A stretch of DNA of 64,000 nucleotides, from positions 20,802 through 84,801 of the forward strand of contig NZ_JBKBOC010000001.1 of NCBI RefSeq assembly GCF_046295075.1, given 5' to 3'. The DNA is from Brevundimonas sp. (GTDB lineage Bacteria > Pseudomonadota > Alphaproteobacteria > Caulobacterales > Caulobacteraceae). Below the pieces are notes generated by a model. That model was not told the origin of the DNA, made no database searches, and saw only the letters and a program-made list of their open reading frames with translations. The translations under genes were made by a program, and so were the position numbers. Each line of letters opens with the position of its first letter. Position 1 is the stretch's first letter. Shown here in pieces: positions 19,476 through 30,030 of the stretch.

Positions 19476-21071
19476 ATGAGCGACGACTCCTACGTATTCG
19501 AGGGACCGGCCGAGGCCCCTGCCCCGCGCGACAACAATCCGCCGCTGTCGATCTCGGAGCTGTCCTTTGCGCTGAAGCGCACGCTGGAGGACCGGTTCGG
19601 CCATGTGCGGCTGAGGGGCGAGATCTCCAAGGTCAATCGCCACGCCTCGGGCCACATCTATCTGACGCTGAAGGACGACAAGTCGGCCATCGACGGGGTG
19701 GTGTGGAAGGGATCGGCGCGCGGCCTGGGCGTGCAGCCCGAGGCCGGGCTGGAGGTCATCGTCACCGGCAAGATCACCTCCTATCCGGCGCGCTCCTCCT
19801 ATCAGATCGTGATCGAGAGCATGGAGGCGGCCGGCGCCGGCGCCCTGTTGGCCCAGTTGGAGCGGCTGAAGGTTCGACTGCGCGAAGAGGGCCTGTTCGA
19901 ACCGGGTCGAAAGAAGGCCCTGCCCGCCTTCCCCGCCGTCATCGGCGTGATCACCAGCCCGACCGGGGCGGTGATCCGCGACGTGCTGCACCGGATCGCC
20001 GAACGCTGGCCCTGCCGCGTGATCGTCTGGCCCGTGGTGGTTCAGGGCGAGGCGGCCAGCGGCCAGGTGTCGAACGCCATTCGCGGCTTCGACGCCCTGA
20101 CCTCGGACGGGCCGATTCCGCGCCCAGACCTGCTGATCGTCGCGCGGGGCGGCGGGTCGGTCGAGGACCTGTGGTGTTTCAACGACGAAGGCCTGGCCCG
20201 CACGGTGGCGGCGGCGCGCATCCCGATCATCTCGGCCGTGGGGCACGAGACGGACACGACCCTGATCGACTTCGTGTCGGATCGACGGGCCCCGACCCCG
20301 ACCGGCGCGGCCGAGATGGCGACGCCGGTGCTGGCGGACCTGAGATACGCGGTCGCAGACATGGACCGGCGCATGGTCCAGGCAGGCGGCCGGCTGATCG
20401 AGGATCGGCGCACGCGGCTGCGGGCCGTGGCGCGCGGCCTGCCGGCGCGGCCGGAGGATTTGCTGGCCCTGGCGCAGCAGCGGCTGGATCACGTTTCGAG
20501 CCGCCTGGGGTCGGGGCTGCAACGTAACGTCGCCCTGCACGAACGGCATCTGGCGGTGACGGGCGGCAAGTTGAGCCCGGCCCTGCTGCGGACGCGGATC
20601 GAGCGGGGTCAGGACCGGCTGCGCGGCGCCGCCGACCGGCTGGGCGCGGCGCTTCAGGCGGGTGTGGCGCGGGGCGAACGGCGGCTGTTGCAGGTCTCGG
20701 CCCGCCTGTCGCCCTCCCCCCTGCACCGACGGCTGGATCAGCGGGAAGCCCGGCTTCACGCCGTGGGCGCGCGGCTGGACGGCGTGATGCCGCGTCGGCT
20801 GGAGCGGGACGCCCACCGTCTGGCGGCCCTGTCGCGGGCGCTGACGACGCTGGATCCCGGCCGGCCCAAACCCGGATTCGCCCGCGTCGAGGATTCGGAC
20901 GGCGGCTGGATCACCTCGGCCAAGGCGCTGGAGGCCGGTCAGGCCGTCCGGCTGGTGTTCGGCGACGGGTCTCAACCCGCAACCATCGACGGCGGCGAAC
21001 CCCGCCCGGCCTTGCCGCGTCCGGTCGCCAAGCCGAAGCCGCCTGCGGCCGGTCAGGGCAGTCTGTTCTAG
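19476..21071 (+). CDS. xseA: Exodeoxyribonuclease VII large subunit
   Basis: Motifs [31 protein letters not shown] and SAVGHETD. Confidence 0.95.
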   Translation: MSDDSYVFEGPAEAPAPRDNNPPLSISELSFALKRTLEDRFGHVRLRGEISKVNRHASGHIYLTLKDDKSAIDGVVWKGSARGLGVQPEAGLEVIVTGKITSYPARSSYQIVIESMEAAGAGALLAQLERLKVRLREEGLFEPGRKKALPAFPAVIGVITSPTGAVIRDVLHRIAERWPCRVIVWPVVVQGEAASGQVSNAIRGFDALTSDGPIPRPDLLIVARGGGSVEDLWCFNDEGLARTVAAARIPIISAVGHETDTTLIDFVSDRRAPTPTGAAEMATPVLADLRYAVADMDRRMVQAGGRLIEDRRTRLRAVARGLPARPEDLLALAQQRLDHVSSRLGSGLQRNVALHERHLAVTGGKLSPALLRTRIERGQDRLRGAADRLGAALQAGVARGERRLLQVSARLSPSPLHRRLDQREARLHAVGARLDGVMPRRLERDAHRLAALSRALTTLDPGRPKPGFARVEDSDGGWITSAKALEAGQAVRLVFGDGSQPATIDGGEPRPALPRPVAKPKPPAAGQGSLF

Positions 21072-21136
21072 GGCGACCTGTTCTGATGCGCTGTTTTCCG
21101 CTTCGCCCCGGCGCCGCTTCCTGCTAACCGCGCCGC

Positions 21137-21622
21137 ATGAAGATCACGCGCCTCGCCGTCACCGCCTATGTGTTCGCCCTTCTGATCATCGTCCTGGATC
21201 AGCTGACCAAGGCCTGGATCATCAGCGGCCTGATGCTGCAGGAGGTCGGGCGCGTCCCCGTCCTGCCGCCGATCCTGAACTTCAGCTGGGTCGAGAACAC
21301 AGGCGTCAGCTTCGGCCTGTTCGGCGGCGGCGAAGCCCGCTGGGGCCTGGTGATCTTTTCCATCGTCGTCTCGGCGGGCCTGGCCTGGTGGGCGACCCAG
21401 TCGAACCGTCGCCTGCTGATCACCGCCATCGGTTTCGTGATGGGCGGGGCGCTAGGCAATGTGATCGACCGGATCCGCTTCGGCTATGTCGTCGACTTCA
21501 TCGACTTCTCGGGCACGGGCGTCTTTCCCTGGGTGTTCAACGTCGCCGACAGCGCCATCACCATCGGCGTCGTCCTGCTGATTCTGGACAGTCTGGTGTC
21601 GGACCGACCCGCGAAAGCCTGA
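21137..21622 (+). CDS. lspA: Lipoprotein signal peptidase II
   Basis: Motifs DQLTK, NTGVSFG, GNVIDR, VVDFID and FNVADSAI. Confidence 0.95.
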   Translation: MKITRLAVTAYVFALLIIVLDQLTKAWIISGLMLQEVGRVPVLPPILNFSWVENTGVSFGLFGGGEARWGLVIFSIVVSAGLAWWATQSNRRLLITAIGFVMGGALGNVIDRIRFGYVVDFIDFSGTGVFPWVFNVADSAITIGVVLLILDSLVSDRPAKA

Positions 21623-21791
21623 ACCGGCTTTCCATTTTTCGAGCCTGATTCACGGCCTCGGCGGGATCGCCGCTCGGCCGATCAGGCTCCGAGGTTGGCG
21701 TAGCCCCTGAAAAGTCGTAATCACCCCGTCTTCACTATGCCAACAGCGCCCTCGCGGCGCTTCGTGCATCAGCCGACCAGAGCCTGAAACC

Positions 21792-22358
21792 ATGCGTATC
21801 CGCAGTGTCGCCGTCCTGACCCTCGTCGCCTCCTCCGCGCTTGCCGTTTCGGCCTGCGGCAGCCTGAAGCAGGGCATCGGCCTGACCAAGGTCGTGCCGG
21901 ATGAGTTCGTCACCGTTTCGACCGCTCCGCTCAGCATCCCGCCCGAGTACGGCCTGCGCCCGCCCGCACCGGGCCAGCCGCGCCCGCAGGAACTGGCCCC
22001 TGAGAGCGCCGCGCGTCAGATCCTCCTGGGTCAGCGCCAGGCCGTCACCCGTACGCCGGGCGAGCAGGTCCTGGTGGCCCAGGCCGGCGGCGAACAGGCC
22101 GACCCCCTGGCCCGCTACGTCATCGACGACGAGTTCGGCGACCTGGCGCACAAGGACGAAAGCTTCGCCAACCGTCTGATGTTCTGGCGCAAGGACGACG
22201 CCTCGACCCAGGCCCCCACCACGCGTCAGACCGCCGAAGGCCAGCAGACCATCGACGCCTCGACCGAGGCCGCGCGCCTGCAAGCCCTGACCGGCGGCCA
22301 GCAGGCCATCACGATCCAGCCGCGCCGCAGCGGCGGCTTCAAACTGCCCGGCCTGTAA
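21792..22358 (+). CDS. DUF3035 family lipoprotein
   Basis: Lipobox VSAC; motif PDEFVTV..APLSIPPEYGLRPP.PGQPRPQE. Confidence 0.85.
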   Translation: MRIRSVAVLTLVASSALAVSACGSLKQGIGLTKVVPDEFVTVSTAPLSIPPEYGLRPPAPGQPRPQELAPESAARQILLGQRQAVTRTPGEQVLVAQAGGEQADPLARYVIDDEFGDLAHKDESFANRLMFWRKDDASTQAPTTRQTAEGQQTIDASTEAARLQALTGGQQAITIQPRRSGGFKLPGL

Positions 22359-22432
22359 GATACGCAGACGACGGACGCTTGCCACGGCGGCGTCCGTTCT
22401 TATTGTAAACGGACCTGACCGGAGCCGTTTGC

Positions 22433-22876
22433 ATGACCGAAACCCCAGACATCGCCGCCCTGTCGGGGGTGGAGCAGCTGCGCCTCGGCCTGACCGGCGG
22501 GATGATCGCCCCGATCGCGCGCACCGTCGGTTTCGAACTGACCGAGGTCGAGGAAGGCCGCGTCGTCTTCGAGGCCATCCCCACCACCGCCGTCTATAAT
22601 CCGCTGGGCAGCGTCCATGGCGGCTGGATCGCGACCGTTCTGGATTCGGCCTGCGGCTGCGTCGTGCATTCCACCCTGCGGCCAGGCCAGACCTATACGA
22701 CGCTGGAGCTGAAGACCGTTTTTCACAAGGCGCTGAGCGCGGGCACGCCGGTTCGGGCCGAGGGGCGGATCATCCAGGCCGGCCGCCGCGCCGCCTTCTC
22801 CGAGGCCGATCTGCGCGGACTGGACGGCAAGCTTTATGCGACCGCGACGTCCACCTGCCTGATCATGGAGCGCTGA
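22433..22876 (+). CDS. PaaI family thioesterase
   Basis: Hotdog motif NPLGSVHGGWIATVLDSACG. Confidence 0.9.
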   Translation: MTETPDIAALSGVEQLRLGLTGGMIAPIARTVGFELTEVEEGRVVFEAIPTTAVYNPLGSVHGGWIATVLDSACGCVVHSTLRPGQTYTTLELKTVFHKALSAGTPVRAEGRIIQAGRRAAFSEADLRGLDGKLYATATSTCLIMER

Positions 22877-22985
22877 GAGGCAGCGAAGGTTTGCCGCGCC
22901 TCGCTTTAGCCGCTATCAGCGGCGAGCGTTGATGATCGGCCGCCGATCATCGTGCGCCCTCTCTCGCTGTCGGAAAAATAAGCTG

Positions 22986-23663
22986 ATGCGTCGCGTGTTC
23001 ACCGCCCTGGCCGCCCTCTCGATTGCGGCCTCCGTCCTGCCCGCCGCCGCACAGGCTCAAACCTCGCCCCGCGACCGTGGGGGACAACAGCAGCAGGCCT
23101 CGGGCGAACAGGCCGCTCCCAGCCGCGCGCCGCGCATTGCGCCGCTGCGTCGCCGCGCCAACGCCGGCCCCTGCCCCTATGTGAAGATCCTTTACGACGC
23201 CGCCCGCTACGTCGAACTGGAGGGCGGCCGCGCCGCCATTTCCAACGTCGGCTATACCGGCGAGATCGAAGGCATCACCTCGGACTGCGAATATCGCGAG
23301 GCCGATCCGATTCGCGTGGACATCGGAATGCTGTTCCAGTTGGGCCGCGGGCCTCAAGCGGCCAGCGACCAGCGCACCTATCGCTACTGGATCGCGGTGA
23401 CCGAGCGGAACAGCGCCATCCTGTCCAAGGAATATTTCGACGTGCCGGTGAACTTCGAAGGCCAGCGCACGGCCTCGGTCACCGAGGAGCGCACCATCGT
23501 CATCCCGCGCGCCGGCGTGGACACCAGCGGCGGCAATTTCGAGATTCTGGTCGGTTTCGACGTGACGCCGGAAATGGCCGAGTTCAACCGCTCGGGCAGC
23601 CGCTTCCGCGTCAACGCCGGCGCGACGCCGGCCGTGCCCGCCCCTGCCGCGCCGAGCGAATAA
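22986..23663 (+). CDS. Conserved exported hypothetical protein
   Basis: Signal peptide and CP...C pair. The stop abuts the argS start. Confidence 0.75.
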   Translation: MRRVFTALAALSIAASVLPAAAQAQTSPRDRGGQQQQASGEQAAPSRAPRIAPLRRRANAGPCPYVKILYDAARYVELEGGRAAISNVGYTGEIEGITSDCEYREADPIRVDIGMLFQLGRGPQAASDQRTYRYWIAVTERNSAILSKEYFDVPVNFEGQRTASVTEERTIVIPRAGVDTSGGNFEILVGFDVTPEMAEFNRSGSRFRVNAGATPAVPAPAAPSE

Positions 23664-25466
23664 ATGGCTGATCTGAAGACCGTCCTCAGCGAAGCGGTCA
23701 CCGCCGCCTTCGCCGCCGAAGGCGTGGATGCGGCCCTGGCGCGCGTCACCCCGTCGGACCGCCCCGACCTGGCCGACTTCCAGTCCAACGGCGCCCTGGC
23801 CGCCGCCAAGGCGCTGAAGGCCAATCCGCGCGAGCTGGCGGGCAAGATCGCCGAGCGGCTTACCGCCGATCCACGCTTCGCCTCCGTCGAGGTGGCGGGG
23901 CCGGGCTTCATCAATCTGAAGCTGGCCGAAGCCGTTCTGGCCGAACGGGCCACCGAGGTCGCGAACGACGCAGCCCACGCGGGCGCCGCTGTCGTCGCCG
24001 ATCCGCGCAAGGTCGTCATCGATTTCGGCGGTCCGAACGTGGCCAAGCCGATGCACGTCGGCCACCTGCGCAGCGCCATCATCGGCGAGAGCCTGAAGCG
24101 GTTGTTCCGTTTCCGCGGCGACCACGTCACCGGCGACGCCCATTTCGGCGACTGGGGCTTCCAGATGGGGCTGCTGATCGTCGCCTGCGGCGACGAAGGT
24201 CTGGCCGAAGGGTTCATGGTCGAGGGCGAGGGTCCCTTCCCGGCCGAGAGCCCTGTGACCCTGGCCGATCTGGATCGGTTGTATCCGCTGGCCGCCGGCA
24301 AAGCCAAGGAAGACCCCGCCTTCCGCGACCGTGCGCGCAAGGCGACGGCGGAACTGCAGAACGGCCGCCCCGGCTATCGCGCCCTGTGGGCCCATTTCGT
24401 GGCGGTCAGCCGCGAGGCGCTGAAGCGTGAATACGGCGACCTGTCGGTCGATTTCGACCTGTGGAACGGCGAGAGCGACGCCGATCCGCAGATGCCCGAA
24501 ATGCTGGCGCATCTGAAGGCGACCGGCCTGCTGGTCGAGGACGACGGCGCCCAGGTGGTGCATGTCGCCAAGCCGGGCGAGACCCGCAAGAGGAAGCTGG
24601 CCGACGGTTCGGTGATCGAGGCCCCCTCGCCCCCGCCCCTGCTGGTGATCAGCTCGGAAGGTTCGGCCATGTACGGCACGACCGATCTGGCCACGATCCT
24701 GGACCGCAAGAAGGCGCTGTCGCCGGACCTGGCCCTGTATGTTGTGGACGAACGCCAGGCCGAGCATTTCGAACAGGTGTTTCGCGCCGCCTATCTGGCC
24801 GGCTACGCCGTCGAGGGATCGCTGGAGCATCTGGGCTTCGGTACCATGAACGGTCCGGACGGCAAGCCGTTCAAGACCCGCGCGGGCGGGGTGCTGAAGC
24901 TGCGCGACCTGATCGATCAGGCGACGGACAAGGCGCGTGAGCGGCTGCACGAGGCCAAGCTGGGCGACGACCTATCGCCGGAAGAATTCGAGGCCATCGC
25001 GCACAAGGTGGCCATCGCCGCCCTGAAATTCGCCGATCTGTCGAACGCGCGCACCACCAGCTATGTCTTCGACCTGGACCGGTTCATGAGCTTCGAGGGC
25101 AAGACCGGGCCGTATCTGCTGTACCAGTCCGTGCGGATCAAATCCCTGCTGCGCAAGGGTGCCGAACAGGGGCTGACGCCGGGCGACATCGTCATCGCCG
25201 AACCGGCCGAACGCGACCTGGCCCTGACGCTGGACGCCTTCAGCACCGCTGTGTCGGACGCCTACGACAAGCGGATGCCGCACCTGGTGGCCGAACACGC
25301 CTATCGCGTGGCGCAGTCCTTCTCGAAATTCTACGCCGCCTGCCCCGTCCTGATCGCGCCGGACGAGGCGACGAAGCGGTCTCGCCTGGCGCTTTCGGCC
25401 GCCGCATTGAGCCAACTGGAAATCGCGCTGAACCTGCTGGGGATCGACACCCCGGAGCGGATGTAG
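23664..25466 (+). CDS. argS: Arginine--tRNA ligase
   Basis: HIGH motif as [14 protein letters not shown]; also [17 protein letters not shown] and GKTGPYLLY. Confidence 0.95.
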   Translation: MADLKTVLSEAVTAAFAAEGVDAALARVTPSDRPDLADFQSNGALAAAKALKANPRELAGKIAERLTADPRFASVEVAGPGFINLKLAEAVLAERATEVANDAAHAGAAVVADPRKVVIDFGGPNVAKPMHVGHLRSAIIGESLKRLFRFRGDHVTGDAHFGDWGFQMGLLIVACGDEGLAEGFMVEGEGPFPAESPVTLADLDRLYPLAAGKAKEDPAFRDRARKATAELQNGRPGYRALWAHFVAVSREALKREYGDLSVDFDLWNGESDADPQMPEMLAHLKATGLLVEDDGAQVVHVAKPGETRKRKLADGSVIEAPSPPPLLVISSEGSAMYGTTDLATILDRKKALSPDLALYVVDERQAEHFEQVFRAAYLAGYAVEGSLEHLGFGTMNGPDGKPFKTRAGGVLKLRDLIDQATDKARERLHEAKLGDDLSPEEFEAIAHKVAIAALKFADLSNARTTSYVFDLDRFMSFEGKTGPYLLYQSVRIKSLLRKGAEQGLTPGDIVIAEPAERDLALTLDAFSTAVSDAYDKRMPHLVAEHAYRVAQSFSKFYAACPVLIAPDEATKRSRLALSAAALSQLEIALNLLGIDTPERM

Positions 25467-25500
25467 GTTAGACTGGGCGATGTCCTCCCGGAGATCGCCC

Positions 25501-26508
25501 ATGTCGCTCGACACCTATATCGCCGGCCTGCCCAAGGCTGAACTGCACCTGCACATCGAGGGCTCGCTGGAGCCCGAACTGATGTTCGAACTGGCGCAGC
25601 GCAACGGGGTCTCGATCCCCTACGACAGCGTCGATGCGGTGCGGGCGGCCTATGATTTCTCGAACCTGCAGGACTTCCTGGACATCTACTACGCCGGGGC
25701 CGCCGTCCTGCTGACCCGCAAGGATTTCGAGGATCTGGCCTTCGCCTATTTCCAGCGCGCGGCCGCCGATAACGTGCGCCACGCTGAGATCTTCTTCGAT
25801 CCCCAGACCCATACCGACCGGGGCGTGCCCTTCGGCGTGGTGGTCGAGGGGCTGATCGCGGGGATGGACCGGGCTAAGGCGGAACTGGGCGTCAGTTCGG
25901 GTCTGATCCTCAGCTTCCTGCGTCACCTGACGGAAGATGAGGCGTTCGCGACCCTGGAGGCGGCCAAGCCGTATCTGCATCATTTCATCGGGGTGGGGCT
26001 GGATTCGTCGGAGGTCGGCCATCCGCCGTCCAAGTTCCAGCGCGTCTTCGCCGCCGCGCGCGATCTGGGCCTGAAACTGTGCGCCCACGCCGGCGAGGAG
26101 GGCCCGCCCGCCTATGTCCACGAGGCGCTCGATCTGCTGCACATCGACCGGATGGACCACGGCAATCGCTCGATGGAGGACGGGGTCCTGGTCGAGCGGC
26201 TGGCGAAGGAGCAGATGACCCTGACCGTCTGCCCCCTATCGAACCTGAAACTGTGCGTGGTCGACGACCTGAAGGATCATCCCGTGCCCGAGATGCTGCG
26301 CCGGGGCCTGCACGTCACCCTGAACTCGGACGACCCGTCCTATTTCGGCGGCTATGTGAACGACAACTACAGCCGGCTGGCGGCGGCGGTGGGGCTGACG
26401 AAGGAACAGGTGACACTGCTGGCGCGGAACAGTTTCGAGGGGTCTTTCCTGGGCGAAGCGGAGAAGGCGGCGTTCCTGGCTGAGGTGGAGGCCTACGCGG
26501 CGGGCTGA
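25501..26508 (+). CDS. add: Adenosine/adenine deaminase
   Basis: Motifs ELHLHIEGSLEP, HAGEEGP, CPLSN and NSDDPSYFGGY. Confidence 0.9.
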   Translation: MSLDTYIAGLPKAELHLHIEGSLEPELMFELAQRNGVSIPYDSVDAVRAAYDFSNLQDFLDIYYAGAAVLLTRKDFEDLAFAYFQRAAADNVRHAEIFFDPQTHTDRGVPFGVVVEGLIAGMDRAKAELGVSSGLILSFLRHLTEDEAFATLEAAKPYLHHFIGVGLDSSEVGHPPSKFQRVFAAARDLGLKLCAHAGEEGPPAYVHEALDLLHIDRMDHGNRSMEDGVLVERLAKEQMTLTVCPLSNLKLCVVDDLKDHPVPEMLRRGLHVTLNSDDPSYFGGYVNDNYSRLAAAVGLTKEQVTLLARNSFEGSFLGEAEKAAFLAEVEAYAAG

Positions 26509-26526
26509 CGCCATCGCCTCCCCACT

Positions 26527-26663
26527 CGTCATCCTCGGCCTTGTGCCGAGGATCCACCCGTCCGCCGCACGTCATTGGTTCGAGCGCGCGAACGGCTGTG
26601 CCACAAACCCGGATGTTCGCATGCGCCTAACCGTGGGTCCTCGGCACAAGGCCGAGGATGACG
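26527..26663. repeat. REP/REPIN-like element, family A copy 2
   Basis: Ends cgtcatcctcggccttgtgccgaggatcca ... tgggtcctcggcacaaggccgaggatgacg. Confidence 0.9.
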
Positions 26664-26710
26664 GTTTAGTAGAGTGCGGCGCACATAACCCTGCCTTTCG
26701 CCGCCAGGAT

Positions 26711-26725
26711 GTTCCTGTTATGTTC
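26711..26725 (+). promoter_or_regulatory. Alphaproteobacterial LexA (SOS) box GTTC-N7-GTTC
   Basis: gttc-ctgttat-gttc, ending 5 nt before the polymerase ATG. Confidence 0.85.
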
Positions 26726-26730
26726 TGCAT

Positions 26731-28041
26731 ATGAAGCAGGCGGAAATACAGGATCAAGACGACGCCGGCCTACGCTGGCTGTTCGTCGATCTGAACGCCT
26801 TCTTCGCCAGCGTCGAGCAGCAGATGAACCCGGACTGGCGGGGCAAACCCGTCATCGTCCGGCCGGCGATGAGCGAATACACCGGTGCCATCGCCGCCAG
26901 CTATGAAAGCAAGGCCTGGGGCGTCCATACCGGGATGCGGGTGTCGGAGGCGCGCAAGCTGTGCCCCGGCCTGATCGTCGCCGAGGCGCGGCCGGACCTC
27001 TATGTCGCGGTCCACAAGAAGATCATGGCCGAGATCGACCGCCATGTGCCGGTGTGGAAGGTCGGCTCAATCGACGAATGTTCGTGCGAACTGCTCGGCC
27101 CGGAGCGTCTGGAAGCGAACGCCGTGGCCCTGGCCCGGCGAATCCAGGCGGGCATTCTGGAGAATGTCGGCGACTGTCTGCGGTCGTCCGTCGGGCTGGC
27201 GCCGTCGCGGTTTCTGGCCAAGACCGCCTGCGGCATGAAGAAGCCTGCCGGGCTGACGATCCTGAGGGCGAATGAACTGCCCGGCCCGCTGCTGGACCTG
27301 CCGCTGTCGAAATATCCGGGCATAGGGTCGCGGATGCGACTGCGGCTGGAGGCGGCGGGCGTCACGGACACCGCCGGCCTGTGGGCCATGAGCGCCAAAC
27401 AGGCGCGCGCGGTCTGGAACAGCATCGAGGGCGAACGCATCTGGCGCGGCCTGCACGGCCTGGACAGCGAGCCGACGCCGGAGAAGCCGCCCGCCTCCAT
27501 CAGCCACAGCCACGTCCTGGCCCAGGCCATGCGGACCCCGGACAAGGCGCGCGCCGTGGCGCGGCGGCTGGTGGTCAAATGCGGAGCGCGGCTGCGGCGG
27601 ATGGGTCTGACCGGGGCCAGCCTGACCCTGCATCTGGACATGGGGCCGAAGGCTGCACCGAGAAACGCCCGGCGGGGCTGGGAGACGGCGGCTATGAGTT
27701 GCGCCGTCGCGCCGACGCAGGACACCTTCGCCCTTCTGACCGCGCTGGACGGCCTGTGGCGCAAGGTGGAGCCTGAGCTGGAAGCCGGACGGCTGAGCTA
27801 TGTCGGGGTCGGGGTTCATGGGCTGAAATCCCGCGACACCTTTGAAACTGACCTGTTCGATACCGGGCCGGACCAGGGCGGCGAGGCCCCGTCCCTGCGC
27901 CTGTCCCAGGCGCTGGACGCCCTCAATCGCCGCTATGGCAAGGACACCGTCAGCATCGGCCCCAAGGCGGGTCTGCCCGAATTCATCGGCGCCAAGATCG
28001 CCTTCACCCGCATCCCGGAGGCGGAGGATTTCTGGGAGTGA
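26731..28041 (+). CDS. Y-family DNA polymerase (DinB/UmuC-like)
   Basis: Motifs FVDLNAFFASVEQ, AASYE, GSIDE and LAKTAC..KKPAG; catalytic acidic residues intact. Confidence 0.9.
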   Translation: MKQAEIQDQDDAGLRWLFVDLNAFFASVEQQMNPDWRGKPVIVRPAMSEYTGAIAASYESKAWGVHTGMRVSEARKLCPGLIVAEARPDLYVAVHKKIMAEIDRHVPVWKVGSIDECSCELLGPERLEANAVALARRIQAGILENVGDCLRSSVGLAPSRFLAKTACGMKKPAGLTILRANELPGPLLDLPLSKYPGIGSRMRLRLEAAGVTDTAGLWAMSAKQARAVWNSIEGERIWRGLHGLDSEPTPEKPPASISHSHVLAQAMRTPDKARAVARRLVVKCGARLRRMGLTGASLTLHLDMGPKAAPRNARRGWETAAMSCAVAPTQDTFALLTALDGLWRKVEPELEAGRLSYVGVGVHGLKSRDTFETDLFDTGPDQGGEAPSLRLSQALDALNRRYGKDTVSIGPKAGLPEFIGAKIAFTRIPEAEDFWE

Positions 28042-28047
28042 ACCAAC

Positions 28048-28212
28048 CTTTCGTCATCCTCCGGCAAGCCGCTTGCGGCGCAGACCGGGGGACCCAGCGG
28101 CGCCGAAGGCGATGTATCCACCGCACGGCTGTCAGCGAGCCCGTGACAGGTTCGCGCTCACGCGCGCCGCTGGGTCCCCGGTCTCGCTACGCTCGCCGGA
28201 GGATGACGAAAG
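28048..28212. repeat. REP/CIR-like element, family A variant copy 3
   Basis: 18-bp perfect terminal inverted repeat ctttcgtcatcctccggc/gccggaggatgacgaaag, plus inner arms ggggacccagcggcgc/gcgccgctgggtcccc. Confidence 0.88.
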
Positions 28213-28217
28213 AAAAA

Positions 28218-28850
28218 TCAGCCGAAGAAAGTCTCGGCCATGATCTCCACCACCTCCAGCGCCCGGAAACTGTCCCGCGCCGCCGCCTGGGTCTGTGGGG
28301 CGATGGCGCGGCTGGCGTCGGAGATGACCACGGCCTCGAAGCCTTGCCTCACCGCGTCCTCGGCGGTGAAGCGGACGCAGTAGTCGAAGGCCAGGCCGGC
28401 CAGGAAGACCCGCGTCACGCCCAGTTGGCGCAGCAGGCCGCCCAGGCCGGTCGGCGTGCGGTGGTCGTTCTCGAAGAAGCCGGAGTAAGAATCGACCGCC
28501 GGGTTGTAGCCCTTGCGGATCACGGCCAGGGCCTTTTGCACCGTGGGCGCGACTTCGGGATGGAAGTCGGCGCCGGGCGAGCCCTGGATACAGTGATCCG
28601 GCCACAGCATCTGGGGGCCGTAGGCGACCTCGACCTCGGTGAAAGGGGCCGCGCCGGGGTGGTTGGAGGCGAACGAAATCTGGTCCGGGGTGTGCCAGTC
28701 CTGGGTCACAACCACCCGGTCGAACCGCTCGGCCAGCCGGTTGATCAGCGGCATGATCTCCGCCCCGCCCGCGACCGCCAGAGCGCCCCCCTCGCAGAAG
28801 TCGTTCTGCGGGTCGATGACCAGGAGGGCGTCTGTGGCGGCGATCTGCAT
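28218..28850 (-). CDS. pncA: Nicotinamidase/pyrazinamidase
   Basis: Motifs IDPQNDFC, QDWH, WPDHC, DSYSGF and GLAFDYCV. Confidence 0.93.
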   Translation of the reverse strand: MQIAATDALLVIDPQNDFCEGGALAVAGGAEIMPLINRLAERFDRVVVTQDWHTPDQISFASNHPGAAPFTEVEVAYGPQMLWPDHCIQGSPGADFHPEVAPTVQKALAVIRKGYNPAVDSYSGFFENDHRTPTGLGGLLRQLGVTRVFLAGLAFDYCVRFTAEDAVRQGFEAVVISDASRAIAPQTQAAARDSFRALEVVEIMAETFFG

Positions 28851-29815
28851 CACACCCCTGCGTAGGTGTCGATCTCGTTGGCCGAGCCTAGGGCGACCGG
28901 GATGCGCTGGTGCAAATGCTCGGGCTGGATGTCCAGGATGGGCTGCACGCCGTCCGTCGTCGCCTTGCCGCCGGCCTGTTCGACCAGGAAGGCCATCGGA
29001 TTGCCTTCGTACATCAGGCGCAGCTTACCCGGCTTGTTCGGCTCACGCTTGTCCCACGGATACAGGAAGACCCCGCCGCGCATCAGGATGCGGTGGACGT
29101 CGGCGACCATGGCGGCGACCCAGCGCATGTTGAAATTTTTGCCCCGCGGCCCGTCCGCGCCCTTCAGCAGGTCGCCGACATAGGTCTGCACCGGCTCGGA
29201 CCAGTGGCGCAGGTTCGACATGTTGATGGCGAACTCCTTGGTGTCCGGCGATATGGCGATGGCGTCGTGGGTCAAGATCCAGTCGCCGTCGTTCGACAGG
29301 GTGAAGCCTTTCACCCCGGCGCCGGTGGTCAGGACCAGCATGGTCTGGGGACCGTAGAGGGCATAGAGGGCCGCGACCTGATTGCGGCCCGGCTGCATGA
29401 AGTCGGCCTCGGTCGGCGAAGGCGTGGCGGACTTCAGCACCGAGACGATGGTGCCGACCATGGCGTTGATGTCGATGTTGGACGAGCCGTCCAGCGGATC
29501 GAACAGGACCAGATAGTCGCCGGTTTGATGGGTCGCCGGCTGGACCTCGTCCATCTCCTCGGACGCGACGCCGGCGACGGCGGGGCTGGCCAGAAGGGCG
29601 TCGGTCAGCATGTCATTGGTCATGACGTCGAGCTTCTTCTGCTCCTCGTCCTGAACGTTGATCTGGCCCGAGGCGCCCAGAGCGCCGGCCAGGGCGCCGC
29701 CGGCCACGACCTTGCTGATTTGCGCACAGGTGGCGGCGACGACAGTCAGGACCGTCTTCAGCCCCTCAGGCGCGTCCAGGGCGGCGATATGGGCGTCGAG
29801 GCGGGTGCGGGTCAT
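28850..29815 (-). CDS. fbp: Class 1 fructose-1,6-bisphosphatase
   Basis: Motifs [30 protein letters not shown] and KLRLMYE. Confidence 0.93.
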   Translation of the reverse strand: MTRTRLDAHIAALDAPEGLKTVLTVVAATCAQISKVVAGGALAGALGASGQINVQDEEQKKLDVMTNDMLTDALLASPAVAGVASEEMDEVQPATHQTGDYLVLFDPLDGSSNIDINAMVGTIVSVLKSATPSPTEADFMQPGRNQVAALYALYGPQTMLVLTTGAGVKGFTLSNDGDWILTHDAIAISPDTKEFAINMSNLRHWSEPVQTYVGDLLKGADGPRGKNFNMRWVAAMVADVHRILMRGGVFLYPWDKREPNKPGKLRLMYEGNPMAFLVEQAGGKATTDGVQPILDIQPEHLHQRIPVALGSANEIDTYAGV

Positions 29816-29882
29816 GCGGTCGATCCGGTTCTGGGCGTTGCGCCGTTCTTGGCGGGCGAGACGCGCCACCGCAAGACAGAAA

Positions 29883-30027
29883 CCCTCTCCCATTGGGAGA
29901 GGGCTTGAGCCTCGGAGAGCCGCAGGCGATACGCAAGGCGAAAGGGTGAGGGTCGGATGGTGCGAATTGGCCCGCCACCCGGCCCTCATCCGGCCCTTCG
30001 GGCCACCTTCTCCCAAAGGGAGAAGGG
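29883..30027. repeat. Palindromic intergenic element, family B copy 1
   Basis: Terminal hairpins ccctctcccattgggagaggg and ccttctcccaaagggagaagg. Internal gagccgcaggcga is shared with the element at 58248. Confidence 0.85.
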
Positions 30028-30030
30028 ATG

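Noticed and set aside
22947-24950. 667-aa antisense ORF over argS, and similar long antisense ORFs (1744-3645, 5163-7061, 19362-20975, 40709-42064)
   Set aside because: Shadow ORFs expected in high-GC3 DNA opposite well-supported genes; no motifs and Arg/Gly-rich composition.
28132-28605. ORFs made from repeat elements (28038-28865, 8444-8683, 26315-26575, 58227-58502)
   Set aside because: Translations of palindromic repeats or antisense strands, with no coding signature.
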